This document shows positions 1-13,261 of a stretch of 64,000 nt of DNA, one piece after another. The notes under the pieces are model-generated. The model worked only from the letters and a program-made list of their open reading frames with translations, was not told the origin of the DNA and searched no databases. This stretch comes from Chrysomallon squamiferum (Eukaryota > Animalia > Mollusca). The DNA lies in assembly GCA_012295275.1 (NCBI GenBank), contig CM022669.1:4588001-4652000 (forward strand), given 5' to 3'. Numbering within the stretch: position 1 is the stretch's first letter; each line of letters starts with the position of its first letter. Made by a program: the position numbers and the translations under genes.

Positions 1-220
1 CAGACAAAACATTTGTGAAATCATCAGACAGACAAAACATTAGTGAAATAATCAGACAAAACATTAGTGAAATCATCAGACAGACAAAACATTAGTGAAA
101 TAATCAGACAAAACATTAGTGAAATCATAAGACAGACAAAACATTAGTGAAATAATCAGACAGACAAAACATTAGTGAAATAATCAGACAGACAAAACAT
201 TAGTGAAATCTTCAGACAGA
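1..220. repeat. Minisatellite, 24/28-bp unit (cagacagacaaaacattagtgaaat(a/c)at), ~8 copies, probably continuing beyond the window start
   Basis: Directly visible tandem copies; 24- and 28-nt variants differ by one caga. Confidence 0.95.
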
Positions 221-759
221 CTTCAGAGCTGCAACAAGAAAAATCATGACATAATTCAGAACTGGGGATGATTTGAAATAAATCCATTATTTCGGTGAGG
301 CTGTTTAAAGAATTAGTACAGAAGACCTGTCTGTAGAACAACAAATATGTCTGGCCATTTTCACACTACTGGAACACTTTGTAGATGGGAGGAGATCACT
401 GTAATGACAGAAAGTATTGGTCTGGACATTTACCATAGATAACTATGTCAGAATGCACAGGTTATTTAAATAGGCAATATCAGAAATCACTTGTATCTGA
501 AATACATTGGATAACTAACACACTAAGAAGATGTGGCTGTGAGTGTGTTGAACAATATCTGATTTTTATATGTCATTGTAATATGTTTAACAAAATGTAA
601 TTGCCACAGTAAATAATTATCATACATTTGACCATATGTAATTATTATATAATGGACAGTACATGACTGTTATACTGAACAATTAATAATTATGATGCAT
701 TTAAACATATGTAGTTGTCATATTGAAGAATAGAGAATTACCCTGCACTGAACAGTATA

Positions 760-1680
760 TAATTATGATACATTGAATAATATAAGCAACTATCATATAT
801 GAACAATATGTCATACAGTTAACAAAATGTTACTGTCATTTATTTAACAATGTTTGTCATATATTTAACAATAAGTTACTGTCACTCATTTAACAATATG
901 TTTGTCATATATTTAACAATACGTTACTGTCATATATTTAACAATATGCAACTGTCATATATTTTTTTAGCAATAAATAACAGCCATACATTTAACAGTG
1001 TTAGTCATATATTTAAAAATATGCTACTGTCATATATTTATGTATACATAACAGCCATACTTTTAACAATATTATGCTATTTACCAGTATCACCAATGTG
1101 ATACAACATATATTTTACAATATATTACTGACATGTATTTAATAAAATGTGTGACTCATATATTAAACACTGTGTTAATGTCATATATTTTACAATACAT
1201 TACTGACATGTATTTAACAATGTGTGACTCATATATTAAACTGTGTTAATGTCATATAATTAACAATATGCTACTGTCATTTATTTAACAATATGCTACT
1301 GTCATATATTTAACTATACATAACAGTCATACATTTAACAATACCATGCAATTCACCAGTATCACCAATGGGATACAACAAATATACATTTAACAATATA
1401 TTACTGACATGTATTTAACTGTGTGACTCATACATTAAACACTGTGTTAATGTCATATATTTAACAATACATTACTGACATGTATTTAACAATGTGTGAC
1501 TCATACATTAAACACTGTGTTAACAGCCATACATTTAACAATATATTACTGACATGTATTTAACAATGTGTGACTCATATATTAAACTCATATGTGTTAA
1601 TGGCCATACATTTAACAATATTTGCTTTTCAACAGTATGACCAAAGGGATACAACAAACATATATTTAACAATGCTGAAA
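760..1680. repeat. Degenerate ~25-bp AT-rich minisatellite (tttaacaatatgctactgtcatata) with higher-order duplications
   Basis: Core tttaacaat...actgtcatata recurs throughout; longer blocks (e.g. ccagtatcaccaatg, tgtgtgactcatatattaaac) are repeated. Confidence 0.9.
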
Positions 1681-2137
1681 ACGGTGTGTGTCAGATGCTA
1701 ACGTCATGTCTCATGTTGTATATTAACTGTACCGGACTCTTGTAAAACTTAACAGCAGGTCAGAGGTGACCTGGCGGCACTCAACAAGCTGTGTTTTAAT
1801 CTCCTGTTTCACCTGCAATCACACTCTATAAACCACACAAGGCATAATGAATTATCTAACACGGTGAGATGTTTAAGAACCAACAGAGAGTACAGAAAGA
1901 TGGGCATGAAAAAAACAGACACTGGTAAAAAAAAAAAAAAAAAATGTGAGATGAATTACTTGAGTTACAAGTGATTTTTAAACTTATCTTTTTAACGTGG
2001 TGATAAATAATGTCAGTCTTTTTTCATGTTTGTGGTTGTTTTTTGGTTTTTTTTTATTGTGGGGGGTTTTGTGAGAAGGAGTATCTGGCCTTTTATTAAT
2101 AAGTACTGAGTCTGTTTTAATTTGTTCATGTGAAAAG

Positions 2138-2355
2138 AATATAAAGGTGGTCTGTTTCAACAAGTTCATATGATGTGAATATAAAGGTGGTCTGTTTCAA
2201 CAAGTGCTTATGATGTGACTATAAAGGTGGTCTGTTTTAACAAATGTGTTTATGATGAAGTGAATACAAAGGTAGTCTGATTTTAAAGTGTTATGTGAAT
2301 TTAAAAGATGGTCTGTTTTAACAAGTGTTTATGTGAATATTAAAGGTAGTTTGTT
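2138..2355. repeat. ~40-bp minisatellite (aatataaaggtggtctgtttcaacaagt..tgatgtg), ~6 copies decaying 3'
   Basis: Unit starts at 2138, 2178, 2218 (period 40), then diverged copies. Confidence 0.9.
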
Positions 2356-4249
2356 TTTATAAAAGTGATTTGTTTAAAATACATAATGCAATATTTATCA
2401 AAGTAACATACTAGTAGCTTGTGTGTCTTCTGGAAAGTCTAAATATGTTTCTGCAATATCACAATTAATTTTAAAACTAAAAAAATAATAATAAATAAAT
2501 ATAAATATATGTATATATATTTAGAACTGTCAATTAATACTGACAACCCACACAGAGATTTTCAACAAAAAGGTCAAAGTATTTTTTAATTTTATTTTCA
2601 AAATTATAACAACCTCTGATTAGTTCGTTTATTTTATGATTTTAGTAAACAATTAGGAAAATTAATTATCTAACAGTTTTTATAAATACATCAAAGGCCA
2701 AATTATGTAAGCTATGTGAAGCCATGCGTAACTGAGATGAAAGAGATGAAACAAAAATTATGCAAATGTTTGTTTTTTTATGTTTCGCATGGAGAACTGA
2801 AGCAAAGGATTTGATTTTGGTTTAAATACTGATCAAAGAGGGAATGATTGTAATATATAAATCAACTGGAAAATGTTTGTATGTAAACACACACACTTGT
2901 AAATTCGCAGATACACAATGCATTCTCTAACACACAAATATGTAAATGTACACACTGATAAACACACATATACACACATATGAAAATATGCACTTGTAAC
3001 AGCACAAAAATACAGATACAGATATCTTTGATCATTCATTACATGCAGCAAAAAGATCAGGTAACTGTGATGAACTACTGGTAGCAGCAGACATTTTGAA
3101 TTGTTGTGTGAAGGTAAATTCCTCCTCTTGTAGAAATCTGGCTCCACTGTCATTATGTAACATTTCTTTCTGAGTGCATCTTCTGTGAAAAAACCACATC
3201 TGCCTATTTTTAATATCAGAAGAATCCTTCTGTTTATTGACAGTGACAAACAGATCAGCATTATCTCTGTTTAGTCCCAATCACCATGCAAAACTGTGAT
3301 GATAAAACAGAACAATACATTCACCTGTCAAATGATGTTATACTGAATTAGCTTCAAATACTTTTTATCTGAGAATTAGTTCTAAACAACATTTATTTCA
3401 GATGGAATTGATAATCAGACCTGGTTTATATAAAGGCCTTTCCCTAAACATTTAGGAATGGAATATAGACTATGTAAAGACTTTTTTCTTAAATATTTAT
3501 TTTTATCATATGAAGCCAACGTAAAGACCTTTCGTAAAATATTTATTTTTGTTTGTATGGGATATAGCCTATTTAAAGACTTTTCCCCACATCATACAAG
3601 TGAAATATTAACTGGTCAAACAAGAAAGTACAAGATATGAAGTTTGTGTTGAAGAGTATAAAGTTACTGCCTATTTTAACCTATCAGCAAATAAATATTT
3701 GAATGTAGATTACAAATGGGAGACAAAAAGAATGAGAGCGAATGGATTTTGTTTGGTTTCAGCGAAGGAATTTCTTGTTCACACTCTACATCTCTATCAC
3801 TTTCTTTTATTTTCTCAGTCTTTTTTCTATTTTTTATTTATCTATCTCTCATCCTCTCTCTTTCTCACCGTCTCTTTCTAAATCTGTCTGTGATCTCTTT
3901 CTTTATCAGTATGTATCAGTTCCCTTCGTCTCTTACTCCAGTCTTTCTCGCTATTACGCATGTTTTTCTCTAATTCTTTCTCACTTTCTCTCTCACTCCT
4001 TCATTTTCATTGAACATCACTCATTGTTTTTTATTTTTAAATTCTTCTTTTCTCTAATTTTCATTCCTTTTCTTTCTTGAACTTTGTCCCTCTGATATTT
4101 CACCTGTTCTTCAACTCTGTCTTCCACTTTCTCTAACTCAGTTACTCTATTTCTTTCACATGCAATTTCTAATTCCTACTCTTGTACTATCTTTCATACT
4201 CTTTCACCCTCTCTCTATCTCTTACTGACTGTCTCTCTCTCCTTATCTG

Positions 4250-4690
4250 TATATGTACTTATGTCTATTTGAGTATGTTTATATGTATGTATGTATGTAT
4301 GAGTGTGTGTTTGTGAATGTATATATATATACATATATGTGTATATGTATATCTGTTTTTATCTCTCCTTATCATGCTTTCTCTGTGTATGTATGTATGT
4401 ATGTATGTATGTATGTATGTATGTATGTATGTATGTATGTATGTATGTATGTACATATGTAAGTATATATGTATGTATGTAAGTATGCATATATATGTGT
4501 ATGTATGTAAGTATGTATGTAAGTAAGTATGTATGTATGTAAGTATGTTTGTATGTATATATGTATTTATGTAAGTATGTATGTAAGTACGTATGTAAGT
4601 ATGTATGTATAAGTGTATATATGTATATGTACAAATGGATATATGTCTGCACATCTGTTTTTATCTCTCGTTATCTTGCTTTTCTATGTT
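4250..4690. repeat. (TATG)n microsatellite block
   Basis: Pure tatg run ~4387-4452 with degenerate flanks; source of the MYVC/HTYI pseudo-ORFs. Confidence 0.95.
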
Positions 4691-5264
4691 TCACTCCACA
4701 GTACTGTCTAATCACACTGCTAGCTTCATACATACAGCCATTATCTAGCAAACAGACAACGTGGATTCATTTAAACAATTATTCCTCCACGTCTGCCTGG
4801 CATGCAGCAATCACACCCTCAGTCATCACTGAGCACAGCAGCATTGCTTCTGACATTCCTCACATCACTAGGGGCACATTACATCAATTACTTCAGACAC
4901 CAATTAAATGCACTAGCTACAGTTCCATGCTATTGTGTCTGTGTTGGCCATTTCCTACCTGACTTGGCCTGCAGGTTTTCTCCATCACCTGAACAGCTAA
5001 CTGAGAGAGTTGTGTGTGTGTGTGTGTGTGTGCGTGCGTGCGTGTGTGTGTGCGTGTGTGTTCGTGTTGTGCTATCACCTCTGGGTAACAAGGGAGAACA
5101 ACAGTGCACTGAAACTCAAAGATGGATTCAAGCCTCAAAAAGATCAAAGATCTGAGAAGATGATGTGAAGACGCTGATGAAGCTGAAGCTCATTTAGGGG
5201 TCAAATCATGATTTGTCCCAGTTGTAGTTTAATACAGATTTCAACTGATTAATAATTAAATAAT

Positions 5265-5545
5265 GAATAATAATAATAATAGTAGTAGTGGTAATAATAA
5301 TAGTAGAAATAGTTATAATAACAAGAGTAATAATAGTAGTTGTAGTAATAATATAAATAATAGAAGTAGTATTAGTACTAATAATAACAATAATAATAAT
5401 AGAAGTAGCAATAATAATAATAATATGAATAATGATAAAGATGATTATGATAATAACTCTAATAATAATAATAATAATAATAAAAATAATAAAATAATAA
5501 TAACAAAACCATAACAACAACAACATCAACAATAATAATAATGAA
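5265..5545. repeat. Degenerate (AAT/AGT)n trinucleotide tract
   Basis: Visible aat/agt/aac triplets. Confidence 0.9.
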
Positions 5546-6189
5546 GATGGGAATTTATATTTCAACATGACATTAATTTTATATAATAAATAATGGTGTA
5601 AAATGGTCGTCAATTTATTATTCTTCCACTTATGAACAATAAAAGAAAGTCCATGGACTTGATATTTAATTACAATTAAACAGATGAAGTTCTAAAAGAA
5701 AAATTTGCATAAATATCACTATCATAGGAATTAGATTTATAAAAAAAAAAAGACAAGAAAAAAACAAAAACAACAAGAACCCAAACACAAAAACAGTTAT
5801 TAGCTTTATATCTGATAAAATTTATTATAACAAATAATATTAGCTGTAAGGCCAACATTACTGAACATTCAGTGACACTGATACAGTCACAGAGAATTGG
5901 TAATTTTCAGAATTATGATTTTTATCAGCTATTGATCCATCCAGACTGAGTTTCATGTTTTTTTCCTACAGGACTGGGATGTGATGTCAGCTGGAAAAAG
6001 TGGTGACAAAGCACGCTTGTTATGGGAATATTTCTGAGATCAAGTGTTGTAACAGGGTGTGTTGTCAGTGATCCCAGCAGGAGACAGCAAACTGCTGCAA
6101 GACCGAAACTGAATAACAAAAAGCTTTATTGACGAATCTCCACAGTTTGTCACAGATGCTTAGACAAACAGAAGTAAATGAATAAGTAA

Positions 6190-6560
6190 CTAAATGAGTG
6201 GAAGAGGAATCAGTAAACGAAAGAATGAATCAGAGCATGAAAGATGGATGAATGCATGAATGAAAGACAAACGAATGCATGAATGAAAAATGAATAAAAG
6301 CATGAATAAAAGATGAATGAATGCATGAATGAAAGACGAATAAAAGCATGAATAAAAGATGAATGAATGCATGAATGAAAAATGAATGAACCCAAGCATG
6401 AAAGATGAATGAACCCACGAACAAAAGATGAATGAATGATAGAAAGATGGCTTAATGAAAAATAACAGAATGAATGAATAAATGACTGAATGAATGAACA
6501 CATGAACGAAGAATGAAAAAATCAAGGATGAATGAATGATGACTGAGTGAATGATGTTTA
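6190..6560. repeat. Degenerate (TGAA)n-derived satellite
   Basis: Repeated gaatgaatgcatgaatgaaa / aaagcatgaataaaagatg units. Confidence 0.9.
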
Positions 6561-7420
6561 AAAACAAATTTTAGGATTAACTATTTTTAGGTGGTCTTAT
6601 ATTTGGGCATTTATTTGATATATTGAAAATGCATAAGACGATAACTCAAAACTACTACTGTGTGGGGTTGTTTAGCAACAAGACTTATTTTATACATACC
6701 TACTCAGTGACTAAAAGCTTTTGCTAAACCAGTCATTGGGCCTTTGTTGGAACAGGAATAGTTACATTAGTTTAGTCATATTTTTTTATAATTTAGTAAC
6801 TCAACAGAATATTTTTTGTAATTTAATAACTCAACAGAGTGTATTTTATTTCATTTTTGTTATTAGCAATTATATTATAATTTCAGCAATATATATATAT
6901 ATATACACACACACACATAACTCTCATCACACAGACATCTTGAAGTTAACAAAACAGCATGAAAACAAATAAAACGGAAAGAGAAGTGAGTAAAGTACAG
7001 TGGGTTACTGCACATCAAGCTAGTAGCTTCATCTTTTCCACTGACAGATGAAATAACAGCCAGCCACCCATCCTCATATCAGTGTCACTGCTTGTACACA
7101 TAAACATGTCAAGATGCTTATTTCTTCTCAGCACAGAATCAGGTGGTAAGGCGGTTGACAGAATCTCAGCAACAACAAGTCCCATGATGAAACCTGAACT
7201 GCACCTGTTGTTTGAATCGACACATAAAAAGGAAATGCTACCTCAGCATGTTTTGTATCAGTGGGTATAAAGTGTTTAGTAATGATCTGAGAGAGGATTA
7301 TTTGTACACTGTTTTCATTAATCTTTTCTTTATGTGCGTCTTTCCTAGGAACACACACATACTCACTCATTCACTCATATATATACACATTCACACAAAA
7401 ACTCACACAAACCCATGCCA

Positions 7421-7460
<40 letters not shown>

Positions 7461-7564
7461 ACACATGTACAAACAGAGACACTCACACATACATACAGAC
7501 CAAGACCTTTGGTAAAACAGACATGGAGTATCATCTGAGAAGAAACACTAATGTGTTGATATGG

Positions 7565-7760
7565 TTCTAGTTTTACATATAAATAAAGTGTCATATACGT
7601 TAGTAAGGTTGTGTTGTTCTAGTATCACACATCACAATGGTGATTTTAATCTAGTATCACATATTACTAGGGTGATGAAGTTCTAGTACCACACATCACA
7701 ATGGTGATTTTAATCACATATCACATATTACTAGGGTGATGAAGTTCTAGTACCACACAC
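7565..7760. repeat. 64-bp tandem duplication built from two ~32-bp subunits
   Basis: ttctagta(t/c)cacac at 7617, 7681, 7745. Confidence 0.85.
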
Positions 7761-8130
7761 AGGGTGGTTCAACATCCCACATTATCAGGGTGGGGCTACA
7801 TGCTGGGTTTAGCTCCACAAGTACATCTTTACATCACTTCCACAAATAATTTGCTTATCTGCTGCAAACTGAATCATCACCAAGCAGCCTAAAGCTGCCT
7901 GACAGAAATGCTGCCACCCACACACACACACACAGGTTGACACCAGACAGCTAGTTAGACTGTGAGAAAATCAAACACAACATCATGCTGCTTTCATAGC
8001 AGTGTCACATGCAGAATTTCTTGAGGTGATCACATCTTTAATTTCGCAAGTCTCATTAGTAAGAGACAACATCCAAACCATTATACCATTACATTTATAT
8101 ATATATATTTTTATTTTTTACTTATTTTTA

Positions 8131-8191
<61 letters not shown>

Positions 8192-8310
8192 TTTTTGGTT
8201 CTGCCTGTTGATATCTTCACACTGTATTTTCAACTCTTTGGGATGTCAATGAACAACAACTGATAATTATCTGTGGACCGGGTGATTAAAACAATGTGTA
8301 ATCTGCACAG

Positions 8311-8480
8311 ACCAGCAGAGTGGGTGGGTTCGCTGAACTGGAACCAGCAGAGTGGGTGGGTTCGCTGAACTGGAACCAGCAGAGTGGGTGGGTTCGCTGA
8401 ACTGGAACCAGCAGAGTGGGTGGGTTCGCTGAACTGGAACCAGCAGAGTGGGTGGGTTCACTGAACTGGAACCAGCAGAG
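8311..8480. repeat. GC-rich 32-bp minisatellite (accagcagagtgggtgggttcgctgaactgga) x5.3
   Basis: Five almost identical copies (one G>A) plus a 10-nt partial; no spacers. Confidence 0.97.
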
Positions 8481-10039
8481 CTGATTTATCCAAAGAATGT
8501 GATTTATTCTTTACTGAAAACTTGAACGTGTTTATGAAGAAAGTCTTGCTGCATTATATGGAGTCCACTGTTTGCTTTTCAAGATACTTCTGTAATCCTT
8601 AACCAAATGAATGATACAGCATAAACATGTATGATACAACATATCAACATGTATAATAAAACAAAACCATATATGTGACAGAGTAATCACACATATGCAT
8701 CATGCAGTTTAACTATATGTCTGATACAAGATAAAACACACGAATCAACATAGCAATCTAAATAATACAATATAACCACATATGAAAAACATATTTTGTT
8801 AAATACAACATTTTTCTTCATACTTCTTTTTATAAAAACCATAATACAAATATAACATTGTAGATCACAGTATACGTGATATCACATACCACATACTTTG
8901 ATATCCAATAATGGCAATAACCTGAGTCCTGATCCTAGGACACCTCGTAGCTCTAAAATGACATCTCGTCCACTGCCAGTGATTGGTTTGTAAATGTCAG
9001 CTACTTATCTGAAGAAGCTGTCACTTTCAGATGACTTCTAAACTGTCTTGAGGTGTTTTCACAGAAAAGCCACTTGAAGCATGTAATGGATGTGTAAAAT
9101 TCACAAAGTGGAATCAATTTTATGTCAGAAAAGTACAAAATGGACTAATATGTCTAAGAAAACAGCAGAATTGAGCAAAGCAGATCATGTATTTTTTAAC
9201 AATAAATTTAATAAAACAAAATTAAAAAACAGTAATGAAACCCCAATATTTGAAATATTTTTTATGTTTCTGTCAGCTGGATGATAGGTACAGATAAATC
9301 ATCTTGATTTTTGTTTTATCTGCAAGATGAAATTAAGGTTCATTCAGTATGCAGCTGAATGTCTTTTCTCGTTTCATGTAGAAAACTGTCCATTTCACCC
9401 TTTTGACTGAAATAAGCCCATTTGCAGAATTTATGACATGATATATTTTGAAAAGAAATTATGCCTGCCTCTTTCAATACCACTGGCAACCATTTGGTTT
9501 CTTCTTTTGTTTTATTTTCTCCCAATTTCTTCGGAGAACTTGTAAAAACAGTTCATAACAAGACAGAAATAAAAGCAAATAAATCTGTGTTTCACGCTGT
9601 CTGAAATGTCAAACATTTCACTTTTTTTTATATTTTTTTTTTATTTAAACACAAACAAGAAAAGCACCCAGTGTCACTGCTGTAGAAAAACAAATGTTAA
9701 GCAGGCATGTAACAGGCAAATCAATTATGAGAAACAAATATTTGTATCTTGTGTTTCTGACAAGTCAGTCCCACCTTTCCTCTGATACAAACACAGTTTC
9801 AAAAACAATTGCGTTTGTCTGTTTAGTTCTACTAAATTTCCTTCCACTGTTTTTGTATATTAAATTTTGTTTACTTAAAAAAATTTTTTTTTTTTTTTAA
9901 AAATTCAACATTTAAAAAACATGTATTTATGCAAATTAATTAATATATAAGTTTAAAGTAAGACAAATATCAGAACATTATAGAAACACACACACATTTT
10001 TAATTACATGGGTAAAAAATAATGACTGAAATAAATGAG

Positions 10040-10380
10040 GAATTTTAATAATAGTAGCAGTTACAGAATAATAGTAATATCAATACAAATATGATTACAT
10101 ATGTAACAGTAACAGTAATAGTACTAATAAAAACAAAAGTAGCAGTAGTAGTAGAAGCAACAAGTAGTAACAGTAGTATTAAAAGTAGTGGTAGTATTTG
10201 TAGCAGTAGTAGCAGCAGTAGTTATAGTAGTTATAGTTGTTGCAGTAACAGTAATAGCAGTAATATAGTTTTTGCAGTAACAGTAATAGCAGTAATATTA
10301 GTAGTATTTGTAGTAGTTTTGTAGTAATAGTTGTAACAGCAGTATCTGTACTAGAGGGAGCAGTTGTAGTAGTAGTTACA
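10040..10380. repeat. Degenerate (AGT/AGC)n trinucleotide tract
   Basis: agtagtagc/agtaac triplets. Confidence 0.85.
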
Positions 10381-11450
10381 GTGTGATAACTTCGTGTTCG
10401 TGATTTAAACCAGAATCAATCAAATAATCAATCTGTTTCCAGTACTCTTCATTCACAACTCATAAAAATATTCCAGTCATAATTTTCTTCCACTAATTTC
10501 TTCGTCATAATAATGAACAAAGTCAGAAACTTTAGCCAAGAGAAGCAAGCTTCAGCATTTCTAGAACAAAAAAGCTTGCCACCAATAACCTTCAGTTCAT
10601 TACATCAAATAATATTGCCTTTTTTCCCTCTCCATTTGATGGAAAATTTCAGCGAAGTCAAAGACTGTGTGCATGACAATCAGACTTTAATATTTTTTCA
10701 ACACCAGCTTTTGTCAGATATTACCCACCCCCACAGTTCATTAGCGATGTAAATAGTCTGATGATAAATATTTTTATTTTCCTCTGACTCGAGTAGAATA
10801 TCTCGGCAGACAGACAAGTCATGGGCATGCTGAGATGCATCAATTGTATTACACAACTAATTAATGATGCAGATATTTGAAAAACAGATTTAATTGTTAA
10901 TGGAAACTAAACAGTTCACAAATGTCTCTGTTGCTGTCTAAAACATTAGAAGCCAATTATGAAATTAATCAAGGTGAAATGAATTATTTCAAAATGTTTG
11001 CGTTATATAAGATTTCAAATCTATATAGACACACATACATGCATATATAACTAACATTCACATATGTACTTATATATACATACACAGAGACACAAGCACA
11101 GAAAAACACTGAGAAAAATACAAAACAGAGTCAGTCAGAAAAATAAAAGATGTTGTAAGTTAAGAAATATATACAAACTGGCAGACACACAAGCACATAC
11201 ACACACACCTATACACATGCATGCACATACACACATACATACCCTCACACAGAAATATAAATATATAAACTTCCATCCATCCTCCCTCCCACATAGAAAT
11301 ATAACTCTCCTCTTTTTCTCTCCTCTCTCTTTTTTATTTAAAAGTCTTCCATCCATCTCTCCTCCCACATCTCTATATTCTCTCTCTCTCTCTCCTACAC
11401 TCTTTTTCACTCTTCTTTTTCTCTCCCTCTCTCTCTCTTTCTTTCTATAA

Positions 11451-11463
<13 letters not shown>

Positions 11464-11534
<71 letters not shown>

Positions 11535-11548
11535 CTTTTTCTCTCTCT
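11464..11548. repeat. (CT)n microsatellite
   Basis: Pure ct run. Confidence 0.97.
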
Positions 11549-11559
11549 AACACATACAT

Positions 11560-12385
11560 ATGCTAGTGACATCAGTGAGAGTACCCTGAAAACACAATCA
11601 GCATTTCTGTTCAGTGACGTACGACTCTAGAGGTATTAAAGGCTTCTCGAGGAAAAACCCTGGCGGCGAGATGTAATGGCAAATCAAGAAGATTTTTTAT
11701 TATTATTATTATTGTTCATTTCACGAAACGCTCTTTGGCTCGGATACTGGGCAATATTCTCAATCCATACAAATAGTGCAGAAAATGTTGTTTACGTCAC
11801 TCATTCGGGTTTATAGTTGTTTGTGTGAGTTTTATCTTCCTGTACGATAGATAAGCCACAGTCTCATTGTGTATTTTGTTCCCATCCTGGATTCAACACA
11901 GACGGATGTTTGAGATTTTTATGACGGCATAAAAGCGGATTATGTAAAAGAAAAATGAGCGAGGTTTTCATTCAGGAATTCAGGCTCTTTTCAGTGATTT
12001 GATTTTTATGGTAATTAATATTCACAGAAAGTAGTCGAAGAGGTACAAGAATTATCTGTCAGATTTTCAGACAGATAACTTATTTTCGGTTTATGCCGAT
12101 TTAGCAGCGAATGCGGTTGACAAAAATTTACTAACCATTTCATCAAGGATTCTCTACATGTCCCAGTGTTAGGTACAGTAATTAAAAAAAATGGCACAGA
12201 CTACAAAATGCTGACTGGAAGAAGTTCTCTGCTTTAACAACATGGCTGTGTGGTTTATGGTGGTTTACAAAGAATTAAATCTAAAAGCACTGGAAAGTTT
12301 ATTGTCAGTTCAACTGCGTAACTCACGTGTTGAAGATCTCATGATGACAAGATGAAATTAGTCTTTAAAAATGAAGACAACCACG
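11560..12385. promoter_or_regulatory. CpG-retaining unique island, probable promoter/enhancer
   Basis: About 20 CpGs in ~0.8 kb against a CpG-poor background; AGTGACGTA (11613-11621) and its reverse complement (11793-11801); TTATCTGTC-N9-GACAGATAA inverted repeat (12052-12078). Confidence 0.5.
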
Positions 12386-12386
12386 A

Positions 12387-12628
12387 TTTTTTTTTTTCTT
12401 TATTTGTTTTACTTTTTATAAAATTATTATTTTATTATTATTACTATTATTATTTTTTTTTAATTTATTATTATGGTTATTGCTATTGTTGTTAATAATA
12501 ATAATAATAATAATAACAGTAACCATAACCATAATAATAAATAAAATAAAAAAATAATAATAGTAATAATAATAAAATAAAAAATATAATAATTCTATAA
12601 AAAATAAAACAAATAATGAAAAAAAAAA
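12387..12628. repeat. AT-rich long inverted repeat (foldback), arms ~107 and ~135 bp with essentially no spacer
   Basis: Left arm ttctttatttgttttactttttataaaattattat..ttattattactattattattttttt..tttattattatggttattgctattgtt matches the reverse complement of 12494-12628, including the rare G/C positions. Confidence 0.8.
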
Positions 12629-12644
12629 GTATTATTATTATTAT

Positions 12645-12679
<35 letters not shown>

Positions 12680-13225
12680 CTTTTTTCATCTTGATTGGTT
12701 AAGAATGGATGGCTTCAGACAAGAGAATGTAGAAATGTGCCGCTACTCACTGGCTGAGGTTTCAAACCTCTAAACCTCTTAAATGTACTCACTGGCTTAA
12801 CTTTCAAAAAAACTGGTTTATACACGATTTGATTCACTCTTACATTCATCTTCCAAATGACAGGAAGGTACACACCACAACCTGTGTTAACATTTTAACA
12901 TATTCTACACTCATTTTTACACATTTAAAAAAATAATCCTATGTCATCATTCTTTTATGACACTATTGATTTGTTTTTTTTCAGTTTTATCATTTTCAGT
13001 AAACAAAAAAAAAAAAAATAAAAAAAAAAAAAATTGATCCTTTGCTGCTAATTGATCTGTAGCACAAGACATAATAAACAATGGGTATTTTTTTTTATAA
13101 CATCTTTATGTCTGTTACTATTAAATTCTAATAAAGAGTCTTCCTTTTTCATATCGATCTATCTATCTATCTATATAGATAAATAGACAGCTATATAGAT
13201 AGATAAATAGATATAGATATAGACA

Positions 13226-13261
<36 letters not shown>

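Noticed and set aside
3032-3280. 82-aa minus ORF with normal-looking composition (also 34700-34888, 37241-37579, 38140-38481)
   Set aside because: No recognisable domain or supporting splice structure; length expected by chance.
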